A stretch of DNA of 63,689 bases, filler included, from Cercozoa sp. M6MM (lineage: Eukaryota > Protista > Endomyxa: Ascetosporea), in NCBI GenBank assembly GCA_040357565.1. It is 14 parts of 14 records of this genome, joined end to end, with 100 filler letters (N's around TTAATTAATTAA, not from the genome) between each part and the next. Parts side by side here need not be neighbours in the genome. Positions count along the whole stretch, not along the records: positions 8,379 to 19,336 come from JBDODJ010000423.1; positions 19,437 to 23,059 come from JBDODJ010001379.1; positions 23,160 to 26,314 come from JBDODJ010001581.1; positions 26,415 to 31,372 come from JBDODJ010001009.1; 10 more parts are not named here. One strand, 5' to 3'. A program made the translations under genes and the position numbers. Below, one piece after another: positions 12,834 to 26,524 of the stretch. The first letter of the stretch is position 1, and each line of letters opens with the position of its first letter. The notes under the pieces are model-generated. The model was given only the letters and a program-made list of their open reading frames with translations, searched no databases and had not been told where the DNA came from.

Positions 12834-15800
12834 ATGAAAACACAAACTTGCAATAGTTTTGATCACTCTACCGCTGTGATTGCGTTAGTAAGTGTGCTGA
12901 CAGTCCTACTGTAAATCTCAGTGTCAATGGAGCAAGTGAGGGTGCTGGGTTTGTCACCTTCGGATAGTGCACTGCGTCTCATGTCGCATTCCCGTGAAGA
13001 ACAATATTCGGAAGAGTCGAGTTCTTCCTCGCAAGATACCTCTGCGGGTGCAGAAATAAGAGAGGCCGTCGCGACACCCAAAGCGAGCGAACTCGAGACT
13101 GTAGAGACACACGAGTGCATTTTGTGGCTGCAGCGGATGGGAAAGTTCGGCTTTCCTCGATGGCGACACTGCCACGCGACGCTCTCTTCGGGAGCACTTC
13201 TCATGCGCAAGATGTAACCTTCACTCAACAACTCTGTGGAATAAAGCGTATCGACAAGTTCACAGCTACTTTTTAATCTACAGCAACGAAGAAGACAAGG
13301 TTGTGAAAGTGCGAGTGCAAGACATCATCTCAGTCACTCCTGCGTCAAAGAGTAAACTCGCAAAGGGGCAGTTTTTTCTCGCGTTGCACGTGAGAAAGTC
13401 GAAAAAACTCAACACCAAGGAAAAGGTTGTGCTCCGAACCGACACCATAGCAGAACTGCGACTGCTATGCGAGGTGCTCGAAAAAGCAATCGCCAATGCT
13501 CAGACATCGAGGAGTCTCATCATGGCTGTATAGTGTTCGACACCGCTCGCTGGTGAACTAAACAGCAACATTTATCGCTTTTGTTTCCAGGAAAAACACT
13601 TGCTTCGACTCGACCGTGTCTTGAGTCAGTTCTCGGATCCGCGCGGATGCGTACCTGTTTGCTTTCACACATTTACTGGGTACTTCGAGGAGCTCGCTTC
13701 TGCTCTCGACGAGGCACTGCAGTTCGCAGTTCGCGAAAAATGGTACTCGTTCTCCATTCGAGCTTTCTTTCAGCCGGAGTTCAAACTGTGTGAGTAAATA
13801 ATTGAAACTTTCAGGACCGATGACAGCTTTAGTCAGCTGTGCGACAAAGCTGTGTCGATCTGCGAAACCGCACTTTGTGCATTCTGTGATTTCTTTGGCG
13901 ACTCTCCCGAAGGTCTCGAAAACTGCCTCAACGCACTGGAGATCGCACTCACAGCAACAGGAGCATGCGAGATCACAGACAGCATACTTCACTGTGTTCC
14001 AAAGGCTGGTATGTTCGCCAGGTACGCCTGATTTAGGACAAAGTCATGGTGCTGTTTGTTTGTAGCACGCGAGCTCGCTGAAACAATTCCTTTGACAAAC
14101 GACATCACCAGACTGTGCAGTTCGCTCGCTCAAGTGACGGAAAAGGTCGCATTGTTCGAACTGTTCTTCTGCGCTGTGTTTGAGGACTTTCTTCTCGCCG
14201 ATGGGGCGGCGTCATCTAGAAAGAGCGACAAAGAGAACGCAGCTAAAACTAGCGAGAGTCAAGGCAGTTCACAGAAGACGGCCAGAACAAGCAAGCACTC
14301 TCGTGCCAAAGGAACGAACGGCATCGGGGCAACCTTTGTCCTCACTTTGGTGCAGAACGTAAAACATCGCGTCTTGTACTTCCTTCGACCGTCCGCGGAT
14401 ATGCGAATGCTCGCAGCAGCCACATCGACCATGTACAAGGACCTGCACACCGACAGAAATGAGGTAGGCGAGACTGTGAGCGAGAAAAAAGACGAACGAA
14501 AGGAAGACAGTGACGAGAAAGTGGCAGCGCAGTCAAAGGAGTCTCGACACGAAAGCCACGAAATTCCCTCTGTTGCTGTGCAGCTAGCCTCGTGGCCTTA
14601 CGTCGCAGCACTCATTCGTGCCTGTGTGGCCGTGTGCCCTGAACTCCCTTTGAACCAAATAAACGCACGAGCGTGGTACACCCATGGTAAGCAGTGACTT
14701 CGCGCTGCTTTCCCAAAGAAATGCATGGCCAGCTTTACGTTCTGTAGTGGTCGAAGCATGGTTGCAACAGCAGGAACAACAACTAGCCGATGCTATCGAC
14801 CGACTTGTTGTAAATTTGCCTTGTTGTATCCTCAACTTTCTGTGTATTGCGTCCGCTGGAACCAAAGGAACGAGACGATGGAGTGCCTGTTCGGACAGTT
14901 TCGATATCAGAGTAATATTAATTCCTTCCACGTTTTGGAGTTGATAAACTGACCCGATAATGCGAAACAGAAACCAGTACGAACGTATTTCCGTGACGCA
15001 GCATTCCTCTTCTCTTGTGGACATGTTCGACCTCATCCGACCCCTTCTCCAACGGCTCACCTCACTGCCGATGGGAAGGTCACAAGTACGACCCCCCTCT
15101 TGTGGTTTAAGGTATGTGCGTGAAGTTTACTGAGACGCCTGCCCTGCTGTACTGTCAAGAAGGTCGTTCGAGTGGCTCTCTTGCTGATGCGCTCTGTTGC
15201 TCGTTTTGCCTCTCACACTGCCGCCATGGGACACACGTGCATACACGGCTACTTTGCGAACATGGGAACGTACTTGAGTCAATACGATGAATCGCAAAAA
15301 GGTGCTTGGACCAACTATAGCTTCGTTCCTGTAATGCCACTGCTGAATGCAGCTTGTGTTAGATCAACAACCCAAGATGACCGGCGCCGGAAGCGCCGAG
15401 GAATTACCCCAGCGAATACATTGGTCCGACGATGACTTCGGTTTCACCAGCAAACAGCGCAATCACAGGTAGAGCCAAGTATACACATTTGGGTGGTAGT
15501 ACACACGTGCATGACACTATAACTTATCGTTGGTCCAGGGACGAACGACCGGTGATGCTCCCGCTTCCCCTCTTTTCAGCATTCGCGAATCTACGTCAGG
15601 TACTGATACTTCGAAAAGCGGGGACCGTTTGATTGCCACTCTCATCCTGCAGATGCGTTTGCGACTTCGAAAGCTGCTGCGAGACGAAGCTGACTTGCCC
15701 ACTATGTGGGAAGATGCAGCGCAAACGGTATCGCTTTCCTCCAGTTAAATGACGGAAGAGGGACGGATGTTTGTGTGGTAGTCAACGACACCCCTCGTCG

Positions 15801-17840
15801 AAACCGATGAAGTCGACTCGCGCATGTTAGACGCCGACATTACCTCGCCTACCACAGACGTTGTTTCAAGTCGTGTTGAAGACGAGTCAAACGGCGACCA
15901 AAGTGCTCCAATGAGAGACGCCGATGACATGCGTGATATCGCCGAACTTGAGGCACTCGCAGACCTGTCCTTCGATCAAATAGGGTCCTGCCTCACATCG
16001 ATAGTGCAGCACAGTACAATACCTGAAGGAATCTCAAATGCAGGAATCAAAAGGAGGCATCGCAGTTGAAAGAGTACATCAGACAGCAACGACAACTGGA
16101 CGAGTGGCAGAAGTAAGTACCTATTTTCACTCGTGTCCGGAAAAGTTCGTCAGTCTCGACTGCGTTTTTGTTTCAGAAGCGACAAGAAAAGGCTCAAGAT
16201 ATTGAAGCTACGGGCAGCATTTGATGTGATTGATCGTCAGGAGCACCAACTACTGCGTGCGCTATCAGAGGCCATGGCTGCGCCAGCAGCGGTGCACTTT
16301 AAGCGCCTGCTGCGGCAACGTCACTTTCATGGCTTGTTTCTTCTACTAAGTTTACACTCGTCCATTCTACCTTTTTCTTTCATGTTTGTGGTTGCAACTG
16401 TGATTTAGACTGTAACTGTTTAACTGTATCTGTAGAGAACGAAGAAGACAGTTCCTTGTGGACTGCTTCCAACGCAGAAAAGGTGCAGCAAGAACGGGGC
16501 AAAAAGACTTCTCTCATGGCCAGGATCGGGCTCGCCGATACTGAATCAGGGGTACCGCCTGGAAAAGCGACCTCGTATCCAATTGTGCAAGAAGTCTTGT
16601 TTTCAGAGCGACGAAGAAGTCAAGATGCTGGCTCGCATCAGAGGGAAGATAAAGCACCAGCACGCGCCTTCAAAAACAGGGACGACTCTGTCCGAGCTGC
16701 ACGATTTTGATCCTCTGGTACGAGAGCCTAGAAGTACCTCTATCGGACTGTCCCTTGGGTGCGATTGCACACTAATCTAAGCACTGTACTTTAGTCAAGA
16801 GAACAAGTCGAAGACGTGCTGCGAGACTTTCTCATCGACACGGACTGTCGCATCGATGCTGTTGCTGCGCGACTTCTCGTTGAGGACAGAGTGGACAAGT
16901 AAGTTGTGGTTAGTTTAAGCTTTCTGGTCAGAGTGACAGTACATTTTGGGGTAGACACATGCGAACGGAAGCAATGATATCTATGCTTGCAATCGGCATC
17001 GCTGAACACCTTGAACGACGCATGTTGCCTGTCACTGTCGGGCAGGCATGCTTTCTGTCTCTCATTCTCAAGTCTCAACCCACTGTATCATCTCTTTTCA
17101 TACCAGGTACCTAATGCGACACAAGTCAAGCGCGCGCTGTACGCGCTCGACACGTTTGTCGCTTTCTTCGAAGAGCAGAGCAAGTTGCACGACTTTGCAA
17201 TCAAGGTTCGTGCTCTGACCGTATCGAGACGAGAAGTCATACCTCTCTGTGCTCCATACTGTAGGTGTTGGAGAGAGTACGAAAGGTATGCATGGCGTGG
17301 CTCTGCTCACCGAAAGCTCTGATCGACATGCACGCGAACTCTCCGTGGATACAACAGGTACCTGCTCGTACTGAAACATTATTTAAAGTGCAAACTGACT
17401 CTGCACAGGGCCCTCTCTACGCACCTTCGGAAAACGTGAGGGTTCGAACTTCGCCGTTTGTGGCTCCCCTCCACATTGTACCTCTCCACTAAAGTGCCAG
17501 GTGCTCTTGTGCATCGAGGAATGCGCTGAATAGGCAACAGTGCTACGTGCGCATGCACTCAACGGAGACGCTGAAGCAGAGAAGTTTGCGAAAGGCATTG
17601 AAGTGCACATGCGGCAACGACAGCGTTCTTCGCAGCCGATTTCCAGCACGCAGCTGCAGGACAGTACGAGCGACAAAGCCGACGCGGAAGACGGTAGCCA
17701 CTGAGAGTAACAGCGTGGTTGGTGTACCTGTCGTCCACGGTAACGAGACCGTGATAGAAACACCGTTCGTCGACATCAAACACGGTAACGAGACCGTGAT
17801 AGAAACACACTCAGCAGACGATGATGAAGGCCTAGGCTAG
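12834..17840 (+). CDS. Large multi-exon protein with N-terminal PH domain and long alpha-helical region
   Basis: HECILWLQRMGKFGFPRWRHCHATLSSGALL...VVLRTDTIAELRLLCEVLEKAI fits a PH pattern; many GT-AG-bounded helical exons follow. Confidence 0.6.
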
Positions 17841-18219
17841 GCTATACACGACGGTAAATTGAATTTACCATCACGGTACAGTATGTTCGTAAATCACTTG
17901 GCTTGACCGCTACACTTGGCTTAACCGCAACCCTTGCCCCCGACCCAGCACGACCAATGGACCACCAAACGCTGACACACATTGTTGATGTCTGGAACCA
18001 ACGACTGGTCAGGTCAGCCTGAGTTTATCCCGCGGAGACGAGACAGCTAAGGCAAGGCAAGCAAAAAAGCGTGACACGAGATTTGAACTCGCAATTCGAG
18101 GCAGTTTGTAACAGACGTGAGTACTAGTTGCGATTAGGCACGTGCGGTCCGACGGACCGAGTGGTTCACGTGATCGCGTTTCGTTTCGGAGTAACGGTAC
18201 ATTCGTAAATTAACGGATA

Positions 18220-18307
18220 TCATTCTGATTCAGAAGGTGCGTGTTGCCGTTTCTGGAGTCGCTCGCATCGCCGGCAGGCCAGTAGCGCCCTGCCGCTTGG
18301 AGCAGCA

Positions 18308-18345
<38 letters not shown>

Positions 18346-18872
18346 GCAGTAGGGTAACAGGAGGAAGACAACACATGAGGGAGGGCTGAGGTGTACCACT
18401 GGCGGTGCGACAGTGCGTTGCAGCGACGACAGGCGACGACAGAGGACTGCCACGGGAACAGCGGCCGCGCGTCGTCGCACCACTCGCAACTGCAGGTAAG
18501 TTGGGTAAGTAGGTAGGGTAGGTAGGTAGGGTAGGTAGGTAGGGTAGGTAGGTAGGGTAGGTAGGTAGGTAGGATAGGTAGGGTAGGTTGGTAGAGTAGG
18601 TTGGTAGGTAGGGTAAGAGTAGGCTACATGTGCGCCCGTGCCGTGCAGGTGGCGCAGGCAGCGATGTGCTGGCGCACGAGCTGCAGCACCTGCTGGCACT
18701 CCTGCAGAGTGCGCTGCCGCTGCAGCAGATCGCTCAAGCTGAACTGCGCCTGCTTGTGTCGGTGCTGGTCTAGCAGGTCCATCCCTCTGCACAGCCACAA
18801 ACAAACAATACAAAAATAAATCAATAAACAAATAAATAAATAAATACATGAAGAATACATAAATGGATAAAT

Positions 18873-18916
<44 letters not shown>

Positions 18917-19316
18917 GACATGAATAAAGAAAGAGACAAATAAATATATAAGTGTGTGTATAAATAAATAAATACATTAAACAAATAAAGAAATACAATA
19001 AATATAAAGAAATTAAATATATAAACAAACGAATAAAGAAATTAAATATATAAACAAACAAATAAACAAATACGCAAATACGTAAATAAAATAAATAAAC
19101 AAAAAAAAAAACAAACAAACAAAAATAAAAAACAACAAGAACAAAGAGACATGCTACCTCCGACCGAGCAGCGCGTGCAGTTCGTCGGTCCGCGCGCACT
19201 GGGTCACGAAGGGCGTCATCTGCCGCAGCTGCGCCGACAGCGGCCGCAGTCGCTGCAGAGTGCCCGACCTGGCCGACACCTCCGACAGCGCAATCAGCGG
19301 TATCGCGTACCTTCAC
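18220..19316 (-). CDS. Rubicon-homology (DEF8/PLEKHM-type) zinc-binding domain, C-terminal part
   Basis: HIAACATCTARAH|CEWCDDARPLFPWQSSVVACRRCNALSHRQ|C...CRRCERL has the Cys/His spacing of the RH domain. Confidence 0.75.
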
Positions 19317-19532
19317 TTGGGGGGTAGGGGGGGGGGNNNNNNNNNNNNNNNNNNNNNNNNNNNNNNNNNNNNNNNNNNNNTTAATTAATTAANNNNNNNN
19401 NNNNNNNNNNNNNNNNNNNNNNNNNNNNNNNNNNNNTCGATGTATGTCGATGTATGTCGATGTATGTCGATGTATGTCGATGTGTCGCGATGTATGTTGT
19501 GTGTGTGTGTGTGTGTGCGCGTGTGTGTGTGT

Positions 19533-19590
<58 letters not shown>

Positions 19591-19964
19591 CAGGGACGTG
19601 CACGCGCTGCGCTACCTGTGCTCGGTGGCGCGCAGTCACCGCCGCGTCCTCGAGTATTGCGAGCTAAACCTTCAGAACCTCGTCAAGTAAGCCTGTGACG
19701 TAGTCCAGTACAGTGAATGCGTTAAACTGTCCGTTAAACCACATCATCAGCCCGACGGTTTAATTTTGTTAATAAATTACCTGGCATAGATGATCCGGCG
19801 ACTTACTCTTTAGTTTACTGTGCGTACACGCGTGCTAACACACAACTGTACCGTTCCAGGATAATTAGTGCCGCGACGTGAGTGGTGCAAAGCCAGAGGT
19901 TTGGGTCCTCGCTCAGCATCACAAACACGGTTAAACACGGTCAGACTTGACGTCTTTTGCGGCC

Positions 19965-22900
19965 ATGAAACGCCTTCGCGCTGGTGTATGCCAGGTGCGA
20001 GCTTTCTATCTGACCTTTGTCGACTTTGACCATGTCTTCACGCCGACTCTTGTGACTGTACTGACCTGACACTCAGAGCGCCGGCGAGACAGAAGAGTCG
20101 ATCTGCGGTGACTCGAGCAGGATGCCGAACGCGTCCTCCGACGTACGCACCTTTACTTATGCACATGATTGACTCAGTTGTTGCCGGAATTATTGTTTGC
20201 AGGAGGAGTATGAGCCAGAGGAGTATGAGCCGGAGGAGTATGAGCCGGAAGGGCCTCCCGAGAAGCGGCGTCGCACTCGAGGCAGCTCAGACGGTGTGGC
20301 AGGATCGGTCACCTCTCTGAGCAACGTTGTCGCATGGGAAGAGCACAAGGAGGAAGAGCAGTTCTCTAAGGCACTGCTGAGTGAGATGAAGGCGCAGCAA
20401 CTTCGGGACCTGTGCCGTGCACGTGGCCTGCCTGTAGGACAAACTATACCCCCCCCCCCCGTGATTGGAGACTATCTACTACCTGTGGCTGCCATGTAGG
20501 TCTCTGGCACCAAGGCAGTTCTGTTGGGCCGCATTCTCGGTCGCGAGGTGGCACAACCACGAGGTACGGTTTTCAGTTGGTGTTGTAGCCACTCTAGTTG
20601 TCTACACAGGCCGCAAGAAGAAGCAGCAGAAGGGCAGCAAAGCCGAGAAGCAGAAGGTGGTGCGCAGCGGCAGCTGCGGCGTCACTTCCTTCCACTGGCT
20701 CCCGGAGGCCATGGTATGATAGAGACATACAGAGCATATATGCATATCTATGTATATATATATATATATATCTATGTATATATATATATATTGATATTGA
20801 TGTGTTTGTCCTTTTTGTCTCCATCGTTTGTGTCTCTCTTGTGGGCAGGTGTCGGTAGAGACTCCACTGGCCAAGGTGGAGCAGTCAGACGGACAGCCCG
20901 TGCCGCAGCAGGAGTTCTACGCCGCTTGCTTCGCCAGTGAGTTGTCGGCGCCTTTCCTTCGCATTGACGATAATAAGTACGTCTCTTTTTCTACCATCAC
21001 TACTCCTATAGACTAACAATATATACTGATATCTCTCTCTCTCTCTATATATATATCCACATACAACGAAAAGTAAATTACATATCATACAGCTTAAGTC
21101 ATCCGATGTCATGCTCGCCGATCAGCGAGGGCGAGTTACTATCGTACTTTGCGCTTCTGAGTGGGGGTGGCAAAGTAGAGATGTGTACTGTCCCAGTTGG
21201 CCCGATGAGAACGACGTGAATGCTGTCAGTCTCAACGATGTGCTCGTTGACTTTTGTAAGTCACTACCTTCTGTCCACACCTACCAGCTTACCCACCGAC
21301 CTCCCTACCTCCCTCGCCTACGTGTAGGGGTCACCTACTGCGAGGCACTTAATACCGCTGTTCCGTGGTCCGGGAAGAATGCCAAAGCTAAGGTATATAT
21401 ATGTATATACATATATATATATATATATATCTATCTTTGTATCAACGTATCTTTGTGTCCATGCAGTGGCAGGAACGAAAGAAAGCTCGTGCACGAAGAG
21501 AGGAGACTGATGGTTTATCTTTTGCGATCACCTCCCACCTTCCCCCTCTTTACTCTCGACCTGCAGGAGAACACTTGCTCGCGATGCTGGCCAAGGGACT
21601 GGCCGAATCGAGCAAGGTCAAAAGTACCCCTGCCTATGTATACAATCTTTGTACATATATATATATATATATATAATGTATACATGATAAAGGCAAGAGT
21701 CAAAGCGACAGAAACGTTGTTGACATTGCCGACGACGAGAGTCACGAGTACAACCAGTTTTGTACTTTACCCCCCTTGTACCCCTCCCCAGATGGGTAGT
21801 GTTGCTCAACCACGTTGACACTTCCAAGTTGCCGGTACAGCCTTACCCCACCCTCCCCCTTTACCTCCTACCCCTTACTCCCCTCCCCCAGGCGCTGTTG
21901 CTGCCGCTGATGCGAACGGACGCGGCGATGTTCTGCGTCGTGGAGTACGGCATCGGCGATGTCGTCGAGGACTTGCTGGAGCAGTGCGCGTCCCGACTAC
22001 CGGTCGAGTTGCGTGATGTACCCCCTTACCCCACCCCTCCCCTCCTATCTCTTACCCCCCACCCCCATGTCAGCTCATCTGCGACTACTTCGATGCCATT
22101 GAGTCGGACCTGTCGGACACCGAGTCAAAGGTACAACCTGCCTCCTCCCTTCCCCCCCCCCCGCACCTCGTGTCCAATATGTGTGTAGTTGAAGAAGTAC
22201 ACGTTTCCGGAGGAAGACGATTTTGACGACTTTGATCGGATCCTTGCTGAGCGACGCAACATGGCTGAAGTACCTTTACCCCCCCCCCCCCCGCCGCGGC
22301 GTGGACCCTACCCCCCCCCCCCATAGGCTCTGCAAGAGCCGAGTTTCTGCACGCTGCTCGTGAATGCCAAGTGCATCGTGGCGCGCACACGGCAGGCAGA
22401 GGTCTCGCCACTCCAGCAGCATCGGCGCTTTCGTGCTGTACCCCTCACCCCCTGTTTAACCCCTGTTTAAGCCCTTACCCCCTGTCTGTACAGTGGATAA
22501 AGGCTTTCTCGCAAGACGTGTGGCTCAGCAAGAGGCCGCACGAACTGCACGGCAGCATGCCAATCGGAGACCTCGTGTTGCCTGAGGTACACCTGTTTCC
22601 GGGAGGAGGTAAAGGGATATGGGAGGGGTAATGTCGGTGGTGTTTGTTTGCACAGTGGCACACGCAAATGTACCCGTGGGCTGGGTACACCACATACTTG
22701 AGTATACATATAAACATACATATATACATACATACATACATACATACATACATACATACATACATACATACATACATACATACATACATACATACATACA
22801 TACATACATACATACAGTACATACGTACATACACATACCCACATACATACATACATACATACATGTATACAATGCATACATATATGCGTATACATGTATG

Positions 22901-22965
22901 TAGAGTGGTGGAGGAACTGTTACCGCTGGACTCTGCGTACGACAAGTGTCCCTGGAAGGCGTACT
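19965..22965 (+). CDS. SAP-domain protein, multi-exon, 3'-truncated
   Basis: LSEMKAQQLRDLCRARGLP|VSGTKAVLLGRI matches the SAP motif; preceded by EEYEP repeats. Confidence 0.7.
22700..22880. repeat. Intronic (CATA)n microsatellite
   Basis: Directly visible; similar arrays at 24790-24910 and 46090-46330. Confidence 0.95.
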
Positions 22966-23167
22966 GTCTGTTTATGTATGCCTGTGCATGTATGAATATG
23001 TGTGTGTATGTCTGTATGTATATGTGTGTATGTATGTATGTATGTATGTATGTATGTATNNNNNNNNNNNNNNNNNNNNNNNNNNNNNNNNNNNNNNNNN
23101 NNNTTAATTAATTAANNNNNNNNNNNNNNNNNNNNNNNNNNNNNNNNNNNNNNNNNNNNTGATGTAG

Positions 23168-23360
23168 CTGGCGTATGAGCGCGGAAGTGCCGACAATATC
23201 ACGGTGTTACTTCCTGTGTGTCATTGAGGAATGTAGTGTCAGGGAGTGGGCAAAAAGCATCACGTGTTCCTTCCTGTGTGTACGTAAATCACCGCAGACT
23301 CTCGTGGTCGATCTGCAGCCCTTCTTCCGACAGCACGCGCGACTCACCGACGCTTTCTGA
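23168..23360 (+). CDS. Protein phosphatase 2C, last two exons
   Basis: LAYERGSADNIT|TLVVDL is the PP2C terminal motif. Confidence 0.75.
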
Positions 23361-23776
23361 GTCCAGTTCTCCGAACGCAGTGAGACCGAACTGGAGTACG
23401 CGAAAACTGAATCACCCGCCACCGCAATTTCGTTCTTGGATGAGCGAATTACTGTTAGGCCCTTGCCTCAGGACGGCAGGCCGGACAGGGCTAGCTGCAA
23501 CATTGTACGAGTACTGTTGTGCTCGAAAACTGGCACAAACATCGCATCGACAATCCGGTCGACTTTTCGTTTCGAGATTCGATTCAGTTCAGCTGGAGCG
23601 CGTCTCTGAATCTAGCAGTGTTCGTGTGCTTTCTTTTCTAGCCCGTGAGCGTGTTCTCGGAGCAAGCTATCGCGTAGTTTCCCAGATAACAATACGCTTT
23701 ACGTTAACGTATCGCAAGCGTACAGGACGTAACTTGTGCAATAAGTGACCCAACTACCGTCCGTGTCGTAGGCTAG

Positions 23777-24812
23777 CTAGCCAAAGAAGCTGGAGAGATG
23801 TCGAGCCCGCCGCAGAGGCACGTCGTCGGCAATGCCGCGATCGGCGTCGTCCAGAGTGCGCTGTATACACGTGCATACATGTATATGTATATATATATAT
23901 ATATAAAGGTAGAGGGGGAGAGAGATAGAATGACACACCTGCAGGAAGACAGCGGTGCCGTTGGAGAGCGTGACGAGCAGATGACGGTGTCCCAGACAGG
24001 CGAGGTCGGTGATGCCGTGACTGGCCACCATACCGGCATGGAAGAGGTTGCCAAAGAAGGTGCGTCGGTCGCACAGTCGGTGTCGCAGCGCACTGTGCAG
24101 TCGCATCTGCGATCCGCACGGAAGCGAGACCTCGTGTTGCTGCTGCTGCTGCTGCTGCGGCGAGTCGGCCTTGCGGCGCTGTCGGTGTCGACGTGCCACG
24201 TGGGCCGAGAGACTGCCGGTGCCAGTGCCGGTGCCATTGGCACGTGTCTGCGGCGGCAGGAGTCGCCACACGCGCAGAGTGCCGTCGCTGGCGCCGGTGA
24301 AGAAGGTCGGCATGCCGTGCAGCACCTCGTTGCCGTCGTCCCAGCGGACGCAGGTGACGCGACCGTCGTGCGCATGAGGCACGCGGCACAGCACTGCGCC
24401 GGCCGCTGCGGCCGTGTCCACCAGAGCGACGGTGCCGTCGGCGGTGCCGATCACGAGGACACGTGTCTCACTGTCGAAGGCACTGGCGGTGACCACCGAG
24501 TCGGAGTGACCACCACCACTGCTGCCGCTGTTCGACTGCGGTTGTTGTTGTCTGTGTTGTTGTTGTCTGTGTTGTTGTTGTTGTTGACTGGTGGTGGTGC
24601 TGCTGCTGTTGCTGCTGCTGTTGACAGTGTTACCACCCATGTGACCACCTAGATGACCGCCACCTAGATGACCACCTAGATGACCACCCACGTGACCAGT
24701 GGCCACGTGAGTCGGACTGCTGTCGCTGCTGCCGTCTGCGTCGAGTCGCACCGTCCATGCCTGTGCAGACACACCGTGTACCTAGGTGTGTGTGTATATG
24801 TATGTATGTATA

Positions 24813-24848
<36 letters not shown>

Positions 24849-24858
24849 TGTATGTATG

Positions 24859-24939
<81 letters not shown>

Positions 24940-26300
24940 TCCGACCAGTGCACAGGACGGCGTGTCCGACAGGAGCACGTGCCACCTGGCCACGCAGGTG
25001 CCCTCGCCCGAGTGACGGTGCTGATGCTGACGGTGCCGATGATACCGATCGGTGCCAGTGACACCGCCGTCCACTGCCGCGTCCACCGAGGCCAGTGTGT
25101 CCGAGCAGGCCGCCGCGTCGCCTGTGCTCAGCACGACGCCGTCCGACTCGCCGAACGACAGCGTCGACCCGCGTCGCACGTGCGCCTGCCACGTGACCGA
25201 CGGCTGCAGCGACACGTGGTGACCCGACTGACCACCTGACTGACCGTCTGACTGACCACCCGACTGGTGACTTGGCACGTGCGCCGACACGCGGTACAGC
25301 GCCACCCAGCCCTCCGAGTCCAGCACGCCGAGCCACCGACCCGACGGCGAGAACGCCAGCGACACCAGGCGACTCAGCTTCCGCGCGGACGTCGCCGCCG
25401 ACACTCCGCGCGGACACGGCGACAGGTGCGGCAGCTGGTAGAACAGCTCCGTGTCCGCGCGGACGCGGCCCGACGACGGTCGCGACGCCGACGTGTGCTC
25501 GCTGTCCTGCGACGCCGACGAGGCGCCGACCGCGCGGTCGCTCAGCACGACGACGGCGCCGTCCGCGCGGACGATACCGTCGCGACCCAGCAGGGCGGCC
25601 GCGGCACCGCCGTCGCAGTCGGACGGTGTGACCAGCACGTGCGACGCCAGTGGCAGCACCGTCCCTGTGGCCAGTGTCTCCAGTTCGAACAGAGGGTGCG
25701 GCTGTCGGTGCTGCCACAGCAGCAGACGCTTCTTCGTGTCTGCACACACAGAGCCACTTAGCCCCCAGTTTACCCCCCTCCCTCCCCCCGGTTTACCCCC
25801 CCCCCCCCCAGAGCGGCAGTACCGTAGCTGGCGTACAGCGAGGCGTGCGGATGCGAGCACAGCAGCGTCGCCATTCGATCGTGCTGATCACACACAGCGT
25901 ACCACGTGGTCACTCAGTGATCAACATGCAGTGATCAACACGTGGTCACTCAGTGATCAGCATGTGGTCACTCAGTGATCGAACACGTGGTCACTGAGAG
26001 ATACAGGAGAGAGAGAGAGAGAGCAGAGGGTACACTCAGGTCGGTGCGACCGCCGAGACGTGCCAAGGCGTGCAGCCACGGCAGCTGCGCCTGCGCCACG
26101 TCACGCGCGCGACCGACGTTCGACAGCCGCGCGGACGTGTTGCTCCACACGGCCGGCACGCGGTAGCCTGCCTCCGAGGCCTATAGGGGGGGGTATGCCG
26201 GCTGGGTGTGGGGAAGATAGAACTAACGCACCGTCGAGGCAGTGTCGAGCGAGGCACCACGGAACACTTCGCCACCGCCGCGTTTGCGTATCTGATACCG
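23777..26300 (-). CDS. WD40 beta-propeller protein, DmX/Rabconnectin-3alpha-like C-terminus; 5'-truncated
   Basis: LAFSPSGRWLGVLDSEGWVALY, WQAH, VARWHVLL, LVIGTADGTVALVD, AHDGRVTCVRWDD, FFTGASDGTLRVW. Confidence 0.7.
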
Positions 26301-26414
26301 GGGGGGAAGGGGGTNNNNNNNNNNNNNNNNNNNNNNNNNNNNNNNNNNNNNNNNNNNNTTAATTAATTAANNNNNNNNNNNNNNNNNNNNNNNNNNNNNN
26401 NNNNNNNNNNNNNN

Positions 26415-26456
<42 letters not shown>

Positions 26457-26524
26457 AAAATTATAGAGATGCTTTGATTGTTGTAGCTGTTTGAATGCAC
26501 TGGGCGTAAAGTTCTTCACTGCAG

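Noticed and set aside
17736-17808. Mini CRISPR array
   Set aside because: Only two repeats, a 17-nt spacer, in-frame within a eukaryotic exon, and no cas genes.
22467-23111. ORF-track proteins such as MYVCMYVC, HTHT, LSIY, NSTQL
   Set aside because: These are translations of intronic microsatellites.
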